Positions 27,724 through 35,658 of a stretch of DNA of 64,000 nt are shown here, piece after piece (position 1 is the stretch's first letter; each line of letters starts with the position of its first letter). The stretch is taken from assembly GCA_963674545.2 (NCBI GenBank), contig CAXXFB010000001.1:2484744-2548743 (forward strand), in the 5' to 3' direction. The notes under the pieces were generated by a model. The model ran no database searches. It saw only the letters and a list, made by a program, of their open reading frames with translations, and was not told where the DNA came from. This stretch comes from Christensenellaceae bacterium. Its GTDB lineage: Bacteria; Bacillota; Clostridia; Christensenellales; SZUA-584. The position numbers and the translations under genes were made by a program.

Positions 27724-30189
27724 ATGCTGAATATTGATATGAAAAGAAAGATCAACACATTAAGAGATATACTTGTAGGCAGAATACCCGACCCGAAAAC
27801 GCAGGTGGAACAGATTACCCTTGCCATGATTTTTAAGTTTATGGACGATATTGATACGGAATTCACCGGAGAATGGGGCGGTGATAGAACCTTTTTTGTA
27901 AAAACCAATAAAATGGATTACTCGAAATACGCTTGGAGCAATATCATGTCACCTCAGGTAAGCGGTGAAGAACGTTCAAATCTCTATCGTGAAGGCATAG
28001 AAAATATGGCAATGAATCCTCATATCCCGCAGCTTTTCAGGGATATTTTCAGGAATGCCTATCTGCCATTTCGTGATCCTGAAACCATCAATATGTTCTT
28101 AAAGGAAATAGATGATTTAAAATATGACAACAGCGAAGATTTGGGGAACGCCTTTGAGATGCTCCTGTCTATTATGGGATCTCAGGGAGATGCAGGACAA
28201 TTCAGGACTCCGAGGCACATTATAGATATGATAGTTGAAATCGTTGACCCCGCTAAAACCGACAGTATACTTGATCCAGCATGCGGTACTGCAGGATTTT
28301 TAATTTCTGCATATAAACATATCCTTAACCGAAATAAAGATAAAAACGGCAATTCCACTTTAGCGCCAGATGAAAGGAATGTGCTTACAACCAACATCAC
28401 TGGCTACGATATCTCCCCCGACATGGTGCGTTTATCTAATGTCAACTTGTATCTTCACCACTTCCCTGAACCTCATATTCATATTTATGATACGCTTACG
28501 AGTGAAGCAAGATGGGATGATACATATGACGTTATTCTGGCAAATCCGCCGTTCATGACACCGAAAGGTGGAATCAATCCTCATAACCGTTTTAGAGTAA
28601 ATGCAAGGCGCAGTGAGGTTTTATTTGTTGACTATATCGCTGAGCATCTAAACCCGAACGGTAAAGCAGGAATCATTGTGCCAGAAGGTATAATTTTTCA
28701 GACATCTAACGCATATAAAGAGCTTAGAAAGATGCTGATAGAGGATAATTACTTGTATGCTGTCATTTCATTGCCGGCAGGTGTTTTCAATCCATATTCA
28801 GGTGTCAAAACAAGTATACTTCTTTTTGACCGCACAATAGCAAAACAAACAGACAATATCCTATTTGTGAAAATAGACAACGACGGCTTCGACCTCGGAG
28901 CGCAAAGAAGAAAATTAAAGTTAAGTGAAATTCCTCGAACAATTGAAGTAATACAGAAATATAAGAAGGCTATTATATCAGGTGAAACAATTCAATCAGA
29001 AGAATTTCAAAATGATTATTCAACATTAGCTTCAAAAAAAGAAATAGTTGATAAAGATTGTGTTCTTGTAGGGGAACGATATAGAAAGACAAGTCATATT
29101 CATAATCACAATTGGGATATGGTTGAACTTGTCGAAGTGCTTAAATATGAACAGCCAACTAATTATTTAGTTGAATCAGTAGAATATAAGGATGAGTATC
29201 CTATTCCCGTACTTACAGCAGGTAAAAGTTTTATTTTAGGATATACGAACGAAATAGAAGGTATATATTCTTCTGGATTACCTGTAATAATATTTGATGA
29301 TTTTACAACTGCCACACAACTTGTAGATTTTAAATTCAAAGTTAAATCAACAGCTATGAAGATATTAAGTGCTAACGAGGGAAAAGCAGATATTAAATAT
29401 CTTTACTATACTATGCAAAACATTTCGTTTGATAGCAGTACTCATAAGAGGTATTGGATATCGCAATATTCAAAAATAAAAATCCCCCTTCCCCCTTTAT
29501 CCTTTCAACAGGAGATTGTTGAAGAGATAGAAAGTTATAAGAAAATTATAGACGGCGCAAGACAGGTGGTAGAGAACTATAAACCTATGATAAAGATTGA
29601 CCCCGAGTGGGAGATGGTCGAGCTGGGAGAGGTTTGTGAGTTTAATCCGAAAAAATCTGAAATTCGAGACCTTAGTGGTGATACAGAAGTTTCCTTTGTG
29701 CCTATGGTGGTAGTAAACGAAAATGAAATGTTTTTTATGCCAACTGAAACACGAAAACTGAAGGAAGTATATTCGGGATATACGTATTTTGCAGAGGGTG
29801 ATGTTTTACTTGCAAAAGTTACACCTTGTTTTGAAAATGGGAAATCAGGTATTGCTAGAAATTTGAATAATAATATTGGGTTTGGTTCAAGTGAATTTTA
29901 TATTTATAGAGCAAGCAATAAAGTTCTGCCAGAATGGATTTATATATTTATTTCAAGCAATAATTTTAAAAAAGAGGGGGAAAAGCATCTTACTGGAACT
30001 GGTGGATTGAGGCGAGTTGATAAAAGTTTTGCATCTTCTTACAAAATACCTATTCCGACAATAGATAAGCAAAAAGAAGCTATTGATAAAATATATGAAG
30101 AGCAAAAAATCATTGAATCAAACAAGCAACTTATAGGTATTTTTGAGCAAAAAATAAAAGACAAGATTTCCGAGGTTTGGGGGGAGTAG
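27724..30189 (+). CDS. Fused type I methyltransferase-specificity protein (HsdM-HsdS in one polypeptide)
   Basis: AdoMet motif 'LDPACGTAGFL' and catalytic 'NPPF'. The C-terminal ~370 aa hold two target-recognition-domain-like halves, each followed by a conserved helix ('PLPPLSFQQEIVEEIE', 'PIPTIDKQKEAIDKI'). No separate hsdS is nearby. Confidence 0.75.
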   Translation: MLNIDMKRKINTLRDILVGRIPDPKTQVEQITLAMIFKFMDDIDTEFTGEWGGDRTFFVKTNKMDYSKYAWSNIMSPQVSGEERSNLYREGIENMAMNPHIPQLFRDIFRNAYLPFRDPETINMFLKEIDDLKYDNSEDLGNAFEMLLSIMGSQGDAGQFRTPRHIIDMIVEIVDPAKTDSILDPACGTAGFLISAYKHILNRNKDKNGNSTLAPDERNVLTTNITGYDISPDMVRLSNVNLYLHHFPEPHIHIYDTLTSEARWDDTYDVILANPPFMTPKGGINPHNRFRVNARRSEVLFVDYIAEHLNPNGKAGIIVPEGIIFQTSNAYKELRKMLIEDNYLYAVISLPAGVFNPYSGVKTSILLFDRTIAKQTDNILFVKIDNDGFDLGAQRRKLKLSEIPRTIEVIQKYKKAIISGETIQSEEFQNDYSTLASKKEIVDKDCVLVGERYRKTSHIHNHNWDMVELVEVLKYEQPTNYLVESVEYKDEYPIPVLTAGKSFILGYTNEIEGIYSSGLPVIIFDDFTTATQLVDFKFKVKSTAMKILSANEGKADIKYLYYTMQNISFDSSTHKRYWISQYSKIKIPLPPLSFQQEIVEEIESYKKIIDGARQVVENYKPMIKIDPEWEMVELGEVCEFNPKKSEIRDLSGDTEVSFVPMVVVNENEMFFMPTETRKLKEVYSGYTYFAEGDVLLAKVTPCFENGKSGIARNLNNNIGFGSSEFYIYRASNKVLPEWIYIFISSNNFKKEGEKHLTGTGGLRRVDKSFASSYKIPIPTIDKQKEAIDKIYEEQKIIESNKQLIGIFEQKIKDKISEVWGE

Positions 30190-30191
30190 GC

Positions 30192-31145
30192 ATGGAAGAA
30201 TACATTGATAAATTACGAAGTTTTCTACCTATAAACTGTGATTACAATCCAGATGATGAATCGGATGATACTGAATATCGAGAATATATTCGGTATCTTC
30301 GGGACGCTTTTGTTGAAAATATTAGCAACGGAAAGTATCAATTCGCACTCCTAGCGTTTCATATGATGTTCATGTCCTTTATTTACAGGCAGTTCTGGTG
30401 CCTAAAAGAACATGATTATGAGAAAGTCAGAAGATTATGCGAAGCCAATGCACGTTTCGGTAACGTTGCAAAGACTTTTGATATTTCTGAAATCCCAGAA
30501 AAAGATGTCATTGATAATACAATGAATGTATTAAGATTCCATGTGAATAGAAGATCTGATGTTAAGAATTTTGTTGATACCAGGGATAAATGTGCACATG
30601 CTAGTGGATATATTCAGTACAATGCAGATAAAGTAAAAACTCATTTTGACAATGTTCTTGAATATGTTGAACAAATTCATAATAAATCAAAGGAAAGTGT
30701 TTTTAATTCTTTTTTAAAAGTTTTGCATGAATACTGGGATTCTGATAGCTATAGTAGTTACTTATCTGTCGAACAGGCTACTAGAATAATTAAAACTATG
30801 GGGTTATCTCCATCAGACATTTTATATATCCAATCTATTGATATTGATATAGTTCTAAATGGGAGAAATCAAGGTACTTATTTAATTTCATACTATATAA
30901 TCCAAATTGTGTTAAAATCATATATTGTTGATAATTACTATCAGGCATCTGATGAATATGATTGTACAGACGAAATTGATCAGTTTAAAAAACACCTCCT
31001 AACCTTAGAATTTAAGGATTATGCAGATATTGAAATTGAACTTGAAGATGAAGTGCTGGCAATTAATGAATTTTATGCATATACACTAGTTGATGATTTC
31101 ATGGAAGAAATCAATTTATTAAGACGTGAAAAAGAGGCTGTCTAG
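30192..31145 (+). CDS. Hypothetical protein (318 aa) co-transcribed with the type I R-M genes
   Basis: The ATG at 30192 lies 2 nt after the hsdMS stop and is preceded by GGGGAG. No recognisable catalytic motif was seen, apart from 'RDKCAHASG', which faintly resembles the DUF4145-type R..N.AH signature. Confidence 0.55.
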   Translation: MEEYIDKLRSFLPINCDYNPDDESDDTEYREYIRYLRDAFVENISNGKYQFALLAFHMMFMSFIYRQFWCLKEHDYEKVRRLCEANARFGNVAKTFDISEIPEKDVIDNTMNVLRFHVNRRSDVKNFVDTRDKCAHASGYIQYNADKVKTHFDNVLEYVEQIHNKSKESVFNSFLKVLHEYWDSDSYSSYLSVEQATRIIKTMGLSPSDILYIQSIDIDIVLNGRNQGTYLISYYIIQIVLKSYIVDNYYQASDEYDCTDEIDQFKKHLLTLEFKDYADIEIELEDEVLAINEFYAYTLVDDFMEEINLLRREKEAV

Positions 31146-31244
31146 ATACTCATTAGGAATCTTGATGGGGGGTACTGGTTAAGTAATAGTATTATTGGAA
31201 TGTGATTATACCGATTTAATAAGATAATGTAGCGAGGAATAAAT

Positions 31245-31871
31245 ATGAGTAAATTGTTTAAGTGGAATATGTTTGTAACATCATTTTTGCCACTTTGGGT
31301 ATCGATTATTATAATTTCTATTTGGACTATTTTTGGTAATGTTTCAAATACTCTTGATTCTAACAACACTGTATTTGTATGTATTTTTAACAATATAACA
31401 GAATTAGTAATGATTTTTGTCATTACAATACTTGTAATTTCTAGTATGGTAGGTATTAACAAATTCATAAAAGAACATAAAGAAGCTGAAGTAGCGCCTA
31501 AAGGTAAAATAATGAGGGCTCGGAAAGCAAATAAACTAACTTCAGAATTCTTGCTTGCCTACATCTTGCCGATGATAGCTTTTGATTTCAGTGATCTTAA
31601 ATTTATTGTTCTGTTTGTAATATACTTTTTTACACTAGCTTTTCTATGTATTAGAAATAACAATGTTTATACGAATATTTTCTTGGAATTTAGAGGGCAT
31701 AAAATTTATGATTGTGATATTGAATGTATGATAACAGATAAACCCAAGGTATATGAAGATTGTGTAATTATTAGTTCACAAGATCTTTCTAGCAAGGTAG
31801 GAACCGAAATAAAATATTGGGATTTCGAGAAATACATTTATTTAGATTTACATAAAAAGGAGAAGAAATGA
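31245..31871 (+). CDS. Four-TM membrane protein, KwaA-like by architecture
   Basis: GAGGAA RBS. The hydrophobic segments are 'FVTSFLPLWVSIIIISIWTIF', 'LVMIFVITILVISSMVGI', 'FLLAYILPMIAFDF' and 'FIVLFVIYFFTLAFLCI', followed by a ~70-aa soluble tail. Confidence 0.5.
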   Translation: MSKLFKWNMFVTSFLPLWVSIIIISIWTIFGNVSNTLDSNNTVFVCIFNNITELVMIFVITILVISSMVGINKFIKEHKEAEVAPKGKIMRARKANKLTSEFLLAYILPMIAFDFSDLKFIVLFVIYFFTLAFLCIRNNNVYTNIFLEFRGHKIYDCDIECMITDKPKVYEDCVIISSQDLSSKVGTEIKYWDFEKYIYLDLHKKEKK

Positions 31872-32803
31872 ACAAGCAAGAAATTAGTTGCGTATTTGAT
31901 TCCATAGAGAGCAATTCCTATGACTGGGCATTATACTTTTTTAGTATTGATAGAAGAAACTCTATGCCTTTCAGTTTTCACAAGGTTAGATTCAAAAATC
32001 TTGAGTATTTACCTGAGTATGCAAAAAACCTTGTATCGATAACAAAGCAATATCAGGTAGATCAAGCAACAGCAGTCCAAGCGTATGACGGGTTTAATAC
32101 GAAAGTTTCTTGCGATACCATTACTACTGAAAGCGATCTATTATCTGAAGAGTGGCAGTTATTTAAAACTGCCATTGAAAACGCATCAGATGAAAAGATC
32201 AGCGGAAAGGTTAAGGGGTATGTATTAATTGGACATCCAGTTGATAACGATGAACTTAAACCTATTATTTTTGTTAAATGCGGGAATCCAATAATTGATT
32301 TAACGAATAAAAAACGAGTAGCATATATAGCTACTGAAAAAGACGAATTGGATTTAATTTCAGATGATATTTATCGATTATATTTGACAGTTGATTTTTT
32401 CCATTATGTTGGCAGCATATATGCGTTTAATCATTCTTTTGAGAAGATCTTTAATGTTGAGGGGACACTTAAAAGGGTTAAAGCTCATGCTATAGAAGAG
32501 ATTATTTTAGTTGATGCATTTAATGACACAGAAGCATTTAAAGGTTTTTCGAAGAGTTATACACAAGCCAGGACTTTTATTACTCTGAATAAAGAGAGAC
32601 TGGAAAGAATATCTAAAGCAGATCAGCGTACAAACATAGCAGGAATGCTGCAGATTGAAATAGATAGTCAGAATAAATTTATTGTAGCTGATGCTGAAAA
32701 AGCATCGTTATTGATTAGATATCTTTGTTATAAAATATTTAGAGATGATGAAAGCAAAGACGTTTTAGAAGGAGAGGCTGTTAGTAAAATTAATTTTACA
32801 TAA
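31868..32803 (+). CDS. Soluble 311-aa partner protein, KwaB (DUF4868)-like by size and context
   Basis: Its start overlaps the upstream stop (ATGA at 31868-31871) and follows AGGAGAAG. Homology is not verifiable by eye. Confidence 0.45.
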   Translation: MNKQEISCVFDSIESNSYDWALYFFSIDRRNSMPFSFHKVRFKNLEYLPEYAKNLVSITKQYQVDQATAVQAYDGFNTKVSCDTITTESDLLSEEWQLFKTAIENASDEKISGKVKGYVLIGHPVDNDELKPIIFVKCGNPIIDLTNKKRVAYIATEKDELDLISDDIYRLYLTVDFFHYVGSIYAFNHSFEKIFNVEGTLKRVKAHAIEEIILVDAFNDTEAFKGFSKSYTQARTFITLNKERLERISKADQRTNIAGMLQIEIDSQNKFIVADAEKASLLIRYLCYKIFRDDESKDVLEGEAVSKINFT

Positions 32804-32865
32804 TCTAGAATGATGCACGATAGAGTAAGAATAACTGGGTAAGATATAAGTAGTTGGAGGGGAAA

Positions 32866-33792
32866 ATGGCCATACCAAAATACAATGAATTTATGAAACC
32901 AATATTAAATTTACTAAGCGATACGAAAGAACATCATCGTAAAGAAATGTATCAGGTTTTCACAGCTCAATTTCAGTTAACAAAGGATGAAATGGAAGAG
33001 TGGTTACCGAGTGGAAATCAGCTTGTTTATAAAAATCGTATCGGGTGGGCATTGACATATTTGAAAAAGGCAGGACTTGTATTATCGCCTACAAGATCGG
33101 TATATAAAATAACTGAAGATGGTTTAAAAGTTATCGCAGAGAATCCAAATGAAATTGATAGTAGTTATTTAAGTAAATTTGAATCTTTTAACGGGTTTAT
33201 TAATAAATCGAATGAGAATGCCGAGAAAGATAATAAAGTATCACTTAATAAATTGGAAGAATCTCCGCAAGAGCAGCTTGATATAGCATATAAAACAATT
33301 TCTAATACGCTCGAAGACGATTTGTTACAAGAAATCATAAGGCAGTCGCCTGATTTTTTTGAGAAATTAGTTGTAGATTTACTTGTTGCTATGGGATATG
33401 GCGGCAGCAAAATAGAGAATAGTAGAGTTCTCGGCAAGTCAGGGGACGAAGGCATTGATGGAATAATTAAAGAGGATAAATTGGGTTTTGACACAATCTA
33501 CGTTCAAGCAAAACAATGGGATCCAGCAAGAACAGTAGGGAGACCTGAATTGCAAAAATTTGTGGGAGCTTTAACAGGTCAAGGAGCAACGAAAGGTGCT
33601 TTCCTTACTACGGCTAGATTCTCTAATGAAGCTGAAGAATATGTTAAAAAACAACATGCTTGTAAAATAGCATTGATTGATGGGAAAAGCTTAACTTCTT
33701 TGATGGTTGAAAATAATCTTGGAGTATCTATAGAAAATACATATCATATTAAGCGTATTGATACAGATTATTTCGATTCAGCTGAAATCTAA
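32866..33792 (+). CDS. mrr: Mrr-family type IV restriction endonuclease
   Basis: The ATG at 32866 follows GGAGGGG. N-terminal winged helix 'IPKYNEFMKPILN' and catalytic core 'GDEGIDGII...IYVQAKQW'. Confidence 0.85.
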   Translation: MAIPKYNEFMKPILNLLSDTKEHHRKEMYQVFTAQFQLTKDEMEEWLPSGNQLVYKNRIGWALTYLKKAGLVLSPTRSVYKITEDGLKVIAENPNEIDSSYLSKFESFNGFINKSNENAEKDNKVSLNKLEESPQEQLDIAYKTISNTLEDDLLQEIIRQSPDFFEKLVVDLLVAMGYGGSKIENSRVLGKSGDEGIDGIIKEDKLGFDTIYVQAKQWDPARTVGRPELQKFVGALTGQGATKGAFLTTARFSNEAEEYVKKQHACKIALIDGKSLTSLMVENNLGVSIENTYHIKRIDTDYFDSAEI

Positions 33793-33814
33793 TGAGTTAT
33801 GTCTGAATCGAAGT

Positions 33815-34327
33815 TTATGTTGATATTTTTTTAGTAGCAAAGTCAATCTGTTTAACAGTGTCATTAACAATATCGGCAAACTCCTTTTGACAAGAACATC
33901 CGGCTTTGAATATATCTTTGGGATTGGCATTGGCAATAATTTTTGAATGATAAGAGGTCATTGAAAGAAGATATAGAACTTCTCTTTCAATGCTTTTTTC
34001 ATGTGCGATTTTCAACACTTCACATAGATTACTGAGTAAATCTTGGCTAGCCGAAGCCGGTAAATGATAGATTATATCTTCCAGATTATCAACTTGATCT
34101 TTAGTATATCGGTGATCCTGTTTTGATTTCAAATTTGAGTTTCCGACCAAATAATCAACTGACACATTAAAATAATTTGCAGCTTTAACGGCAAAATGAA
34201 TGTCGGGAGTTCTCCGGTTACTCTCATAAAAATTGATTGTCATTCGAGCAACTCCAAGTTCATCGGCAAGTTCCTGCTGTGTCAGATTCTTTTCGTCACG
34301 CAATTCTTTAAGTATCCTGTTAAACAT
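33815..34327 (-). CDS. XRE-family HTH transcriptional regulator
   Basis: Start at the Met of 'MFNRILKELRDEKNLTQQELADELGVARMTINFYE'. The upstream part of the tracked ORF is unlikely to be coding. Confidence 0.8.
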   Translation of the reverse strand: MFNRILKELRDEKNLTQQELADELGVARMTINFYESNRRTPDIHFAVKAANYFNVSVDYLVGNSNLKSKQDHRYTKDQVDNLEDIIYHLPASASQDLLSNLCEVLKIAHEKSIEREVLYLLSMTSYHSKIIANANPKDIFKAGCSCQKEFADIVNDTVKQIDFATKKIST

Positions 34328-34414
34328 ATCTCTGCTCCAATCGCTTGATATATGATTATTATAGCACGGCACCGATGTGATTACAATAAAAATCAAATTA
34401 CTATAAACATACTA

Positions 34415-34443
34415 TTGCAATCATTATTATTTTGTGATACTAT
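34415..34443 (+). promoter_or_regulatory. Candidate promoter of the mobilisation operon, overlapped by inverted repeats
   Basis: -35 TTGCAA (34415-34420), a 17-nt spacer, and -10 TACTAT (34438-34443). Inverted repeats are TTGTGAT (34432-34438) with ATCACAA (34476-34482), and TATATG (34441-34446) with CATATA (34457-34462). Confidence 0.35.
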
Positions 34444-34545
34444 ATGTAAGCAATCGCATATAAATTACGATAACAATCACAATGGGAGAGGAATATGAGA
34501 TATAGGAAACGAAAAAGACGATGCCAAAACTTCATATCATTAACA

Positions 34546-34585
34546 AAGAGCTGACGCCGATACAGGTGGTCAGCTCTTTTAGTTT
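34546..34585 (+). terminator. Terminator/attenuator hairpin in the leader of the mobilisation operon
   Basis: AAGAGCTGAC-13 nt-GTCAGCTCTT followed by TTAGTTTT. Confidence 0.5.
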
Positions 34586-34654
34586 TGAATGTATTTATGG
34601 TAGTCGGACAGGGATTCGAAAATAACATGTAATGATTGAAATTGGAGGTGAAAT

Positions 34655-34915
34655 ATGAAAGGTAAAGTGATTAGTATCAGACTAAATCTTGAAAAGCTTA
34701 CGGATAAAAAAGCTGAAGAGATATTATCCAGCTTACCATCCAGACGCAAGAGTGAATACATCAGAAACGCTATTATTGCATACAACGAAGTCGAGCGTTT
34801 AATTGAATTAATGAAGCAGGCATTGATAGAAGCAATGGAAGAACGAGAAACAAATCAGGCTGAAAAAAAGAACGAAGAAAACGGAGGATTCAATGATTAT
34901 CTCAAATCTTTATAA
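34655..34915 (+). CDS. Ribbon-helix-helix-like small DNA-binding protein
   Basis: GGAGGTG RBS. 'KVISIRLNLEKLTDKKAEEIL...RKSEYIRNAIIAY' fits a CopG/RHH pattern. Confidence 0.5.
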   Translation: MKGKVISIRLNLEKLTDKKAEEILSSLPSRRKSEYIRNAIIAYNEVERLIELMKQALIEAMEERETNQAEKKNEENGGFNDYLKSL

Positions 34916-35349
34916 AAAAAATCAAACAGTAGTACATATCGTAATACATGAAAAGCTATTGCCACCCATAGTGTACACCATAGCGACGCCAAGGCATGTC
35001 ATATACTGGAGAATCCGTATTACACATTGTAAAGCAATTAAAATTCATGCCACCAACAGTGTGTGCCAAACAAATAAACTCTATAAAAACGTAACTAACA
35101 ATGTAAAAATTAGCTTAATCGTTACGGTTATTAAAGCAGAAACCGAATCGGATAAATTGAGCGATATTTTTTTCCAGCCTGTAAGAAATCTGATGAAAGC
35201 AAAAGGGGAACTGAAGCTGAGAAGCTGGAGATACTGTCTTTGCAAGCATGGCACATGTGCCCACAAATGCCCGCTTGACAGGGAGTTCCCACTCCCTATA
35301 ACCCACTTAGATGGCGGTAAACCGCTTAGAATTCGCAAAGGAGAATTGT

Positions 35350-35658
35350 ATGAGAACAAGGAGCAACATGATAAAAGTCATGCTGAACGATAAAGAGCTG
35401 GAGCATCTCAATAAACAGGTTGAAACCAGCGGACTGAACAAATCGGCTCTGCTCAGAAAGCTCATTAGCGGATTAGCAATCAATCCTGCTCCAGTAGAGG
35501 AATATCATAAAATCTGCGGTTTGTTATCGAATGTTACAAATAACATAAACCAAATCGCAAGGCAGGCAAATACAACGGGATATATCAGTGAAGAAAAGCT
35601 GGACGCTGTAATCCTTCTTATTCGTAAATGCTGGCAGCAGATGCGGGAGCTTAGATAA
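35350..35658 (+). CDS. mobC: MobC-family relaxosome accessory protein
   Basis: The ATG at 35350 follows AAAGGAGAA. 'IKVMLNDKELEHLNKQVETSGLNKSALLRKLI...NINQIARQAN' is typical MobC. Confidence 0.75.
   Translation: MRTRSNMIKVMLNDKELEHLNKQVETSGLNKSALLRKLISGLAINPAPVEEYHKICGLLSNVTNNINQIARQANTTGYISEEKLDAVILLIRKCWQQMRELR

Noticed and set aside
34893-35393. 166-aa plus-strand ORF spanning the RHH-mobC gap.
   Set aside because: The composition is implausible (many His, Cys and Ile runs) and it has no RBS. It overlaps the well-supported mobC start, and the region is better explained as oriT or regulatory DNA.
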